From assembly GCA_963782915.1 (NCBI GenBank), contig CAWALK010000012.1:64001-128000 (forward strand): a DNA stretch of 64,000 bases. The letters run 5' to 3'. Shown piece after piece: positions 62,219 through 64,000 of this stretch. Position 1 is the first letter of the stretch; the number at the start of each line of letters is the position of its first letter. The DNA comes from an uncultured archaeon (GTDB lineage Archaea; Thermoproteota; Bathyarchaeia; Bathyarchaeales; Bathycorpusculaceae). Below the pieces are notes generated by a model. That model was not told the DNA's origin, made no database searches, and saw only the letters and a program-made list of their open reading frames with translations. A program made the translations under genes and the position numbers.

Positions 62219-62256
62219 CCTATAAATAAGGGAGGGGGTACCTCGGCAGAGCAGCA
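62219..62256 (+). repeat. Dispersed TATA/G-string repeat copy
   Basis: CCTATAAATAAGGGAGGGGGTACCTCGGCAGAGCAGCA. Confidence 0.75.
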
Positions 62257-62322
62257 AAGAGCCACTTCAACATATGCACAGACTACCGTAAACCCATAAG
62301 CGCTTCTGGTTAGCAAATGCCT

Positions 62323-62616
62323 CTATTCAGTGTTCTCTACAGGTTGAGCTTCAGCCGCTGTATTCAAAACCTGCTCAATCAGGTATTCACTGAGGTCAGT
62401 GACGCATTGACCGAAGTTTTTGGCGTGTTTAGTCAAGCGGCAATTAAAAACATGCAGTTCTATGGCTTTTCCCATGGCTGATGCATCTGGGATAACTAAA
62501 ATTTCGGTTCCGCATCGGCAATGGATAACTGGTAGAGTCTGGGTTTTGGTGTCATGGCTCGGTGGGTTATGCGTTTTGTGGTTTGGTTCTTTAAAATTTT
62601 GTTCTACTTCAACCAA
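62323..62616 (-). CDS. Small Cys/His metal-binding hypothetical protein (paralog 1)
   Basis: LPVIHCRCG.EILV.PDA.AMGKAI..HV..CR.TKH.KN...C. Confidence 0.7.
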   Translation of the reverse strand: MVEVEQNFKEPNHKTHNPPSHDTKTQTLPVIHCRCGTEILVIPDASAMGKAIELHVFNCRLTKHAKNFGQCVTDLSEYLIEQVLNTAAEAQPVENTE

Positions 62617-62725
62617 GCTCCTACTAGACTAGTCGCTTAATGCTTGATTGGATATACGGTTTTGTTGTAGGTGCATGGCAGCAACAATGCTATATTAATG
62701 GGTGCAAGAAATTGATGGTTTCTTT

Positions 62726-62968
62726 CTAAAGTTCAGTTTCGGCACTGAAATCTAGAACTTGCCTAATTAAAAACTCACTCAAACTCGCGATGCATTTTGT
62801 AACGTTTTTTGAGTGTTTAGTTATGCGGCAGCCTTCAACATGGGCATCTATAGCTTTACCCATAGCTTTAGCGTCAGGAAGAACAAGAATTTCAGCTCCA
62901 CACCTGCAATGGATAACTGGCAAACTCGAGGACTCAACAACAAATTGATACGGGTCTTGAGTTACCAT
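62726..62968 (-). CDS. Small Cys/His metal-binding hypothetical protein (paralog 2)
   Basis: Same conserved core as 62323-62616. Confidence 0.7.
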   Translation of the reverse strand: MVTQDPYQFVVESSSLPVIHCRCGAEILVLPDAKAMGKAIDAHVEGCRITKHSKNVTKCIASLSEFLIRQVLDFSAETEL

Positions 62969-63133
62969 TTTAGAATGACTTTTAATTCAATCACGCTCCT
63001 TAACAAGGACGTTGCTTTCTTGAATATTAATATAGGGTATGACTGCTCAGTATGATAAGTCTGTACAACAGTACCACTATTTAGAAAGGTGTAAAGGTCC
63101 TCTCAAACGGCAAGTATGCAAGCCGCTAAATGT

Positions 63134-63754
63134 TTAACGCTTCACTGTCTTCATGAAATCTTCTGCGACTTCAAAATCCTTCGTCGTATTCACGTTTAAT
63201 ACAACTTGGGTTTCCTCGGTGATTATCGCTGCTGTCTCAATCTTGCCCTCACCCAAAACTTTGGCGCCATTAATAACGTTCACACCTGAAACCGCGTACC
63301 AGACACCCTTATACTCATCCGTGGAGGAAATGGATAAGCCTAAATCTTGTCTGGTCTTAATCGGTACAAACACCGCCAAAAAATCTTTTCCGCAAACCTC
63401 AAACTCGCCAACTACCCGATCCAAAATCGGACCTGTAATGGCGGGAACATCAGATGGCATCGTTAAAACTGGACCCATCCAACCCAATTTAGTAATCGCC
63501 TGCTTCAAATCGTCATGGTAACCTTTAGCGTCTGTACGCACAAAATTCCAACCCATGCTTCTGCAATGCTCTTCCGTTTTGGGTGTATTGGAGCTGGTGA
63601 TGACGTAGAATTCGCTGACTTTTTTGGCGTTCAACACGGCTTCTGCTACCCAATCCAGCAGGGGCTTCCCTAGAAACGGCAACATCGGCTTCTCGGTGGG
63701 CAAACCCATTCGGCTGCCTCTGCCGCCAGCCATAATCAAAGCGGGAACCATCAT
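63134..63754 (-). CDS. cobY: GTP:adenosylcobinamide-phosphate guanylyltransferase
   Basis: IMAGGRGSRM..EKP, GY..DL, PSDVP, GVNVI, LNVNT..D; ATGA overlap with cobS. Confidence 0.88.
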   Translation of the reverse strand: MMVPALIMAGGRGSRMGLPTEKPMLPFLGKPLLDWVAEAVLNAKKVSEFYVITSSNTPKTEEHCRSMGWNFVRTDAKGYHDDLKQAITKLGWMGPVLTMPSDVPAITGPILDRVVGEFEVCGKDFLAVFVPIKTRQDLGLSISSTDEYKGVWYAVSGVNVINGAKVLGEGKIETAAIITEETQVVLNVNTTKDFEVAEDFMKTVKR

Positions 63755-64000
63755 AGCGCCATCACCATCAACACCACTGCAAACAGGATTAGTGCAACAG
63801 CTCTTGCAACTTCGTTGGTTGCCCCAATCATATCTCCGCTAACTCCACCGAACACTTTGTTTGAGACATTATTCATCACAAACGCCACTGGAATACTAAC
63901 AAACACCAAAGCTACTGCAACCAGAGCCAAGAGTGGGGAAGCAGTGAAATAAACCACTGGGAAAACAATCAACGCAGAAAGCACATACGCCACATAATTT
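63751..64000 (-). CDS. cobS: Cobalamin synthase CobS (3' part; truncated by window edge)
   Basis: FGGVSGDMIGA.NE C-terminal signature, TM helices. Confidence 0.85.
   Translation of the reverse strand, partial: NYVAYVLSALIVFPVVYFTASPLLALVAVALVFVSIPVAFVMNNVSNKVFGGVSGDMIGATNEVARAVALILFAVVLMVMAL

Noticed and set aside
15138-62256. TATA/G-string repeats as a CRISPR array, ORB origin boxes or G-quadruplexes
   Set aside because: Not regularly spaced, no cas or orc1/cdc6 gene, no ORB consensus, only two G-tracts per unit
1-64000. tRNA/rRNA genes, transposases, integrases or provirus
   Set aside because: No T-loop/cloverleaf, rRNA-like tract or recombinase motif seen by eye

Overview
Archaeal chromosomal window, most likely Bathyarchaeia (inferred from the GPN-loop GTPase, TrmB, CbiZ/CobY, BRE/TATA promoters, PEF-CTERM surface proteins and many membrane-anchored PQQ-like beta-propellers). 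I found no rRNA, tRNA, CRISPR or transposase. The dominant feature is nine radical-SAM genes within about 39 kb (22658-61236): five B12-binding, three SPASM-type and one HemN-like. In and around this block are archaeal cobamide salvage genes (cbiZ-cobZ-like fusion, cbiB, cobD, cobY, cobS), a bacterial-type SAM synthetase, an orphan rnfD-rnfC pair, twin near-identical membrane proteins, surface beta-propellers, glycosyltransferases and two paralogous membrane-anchored wHTH regulators. Non-coding signals: a dispersed ~35 bp TATA/G-string intergenic repeat (9 copies at 6 loci) and a 41 bp palindrome-containing motif upstream of two secreted-protein genes. Seven genes carry a single +1 frameshift, most likely assembly error. 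All functional calls come from motif recognition by eye; no database searches were run.
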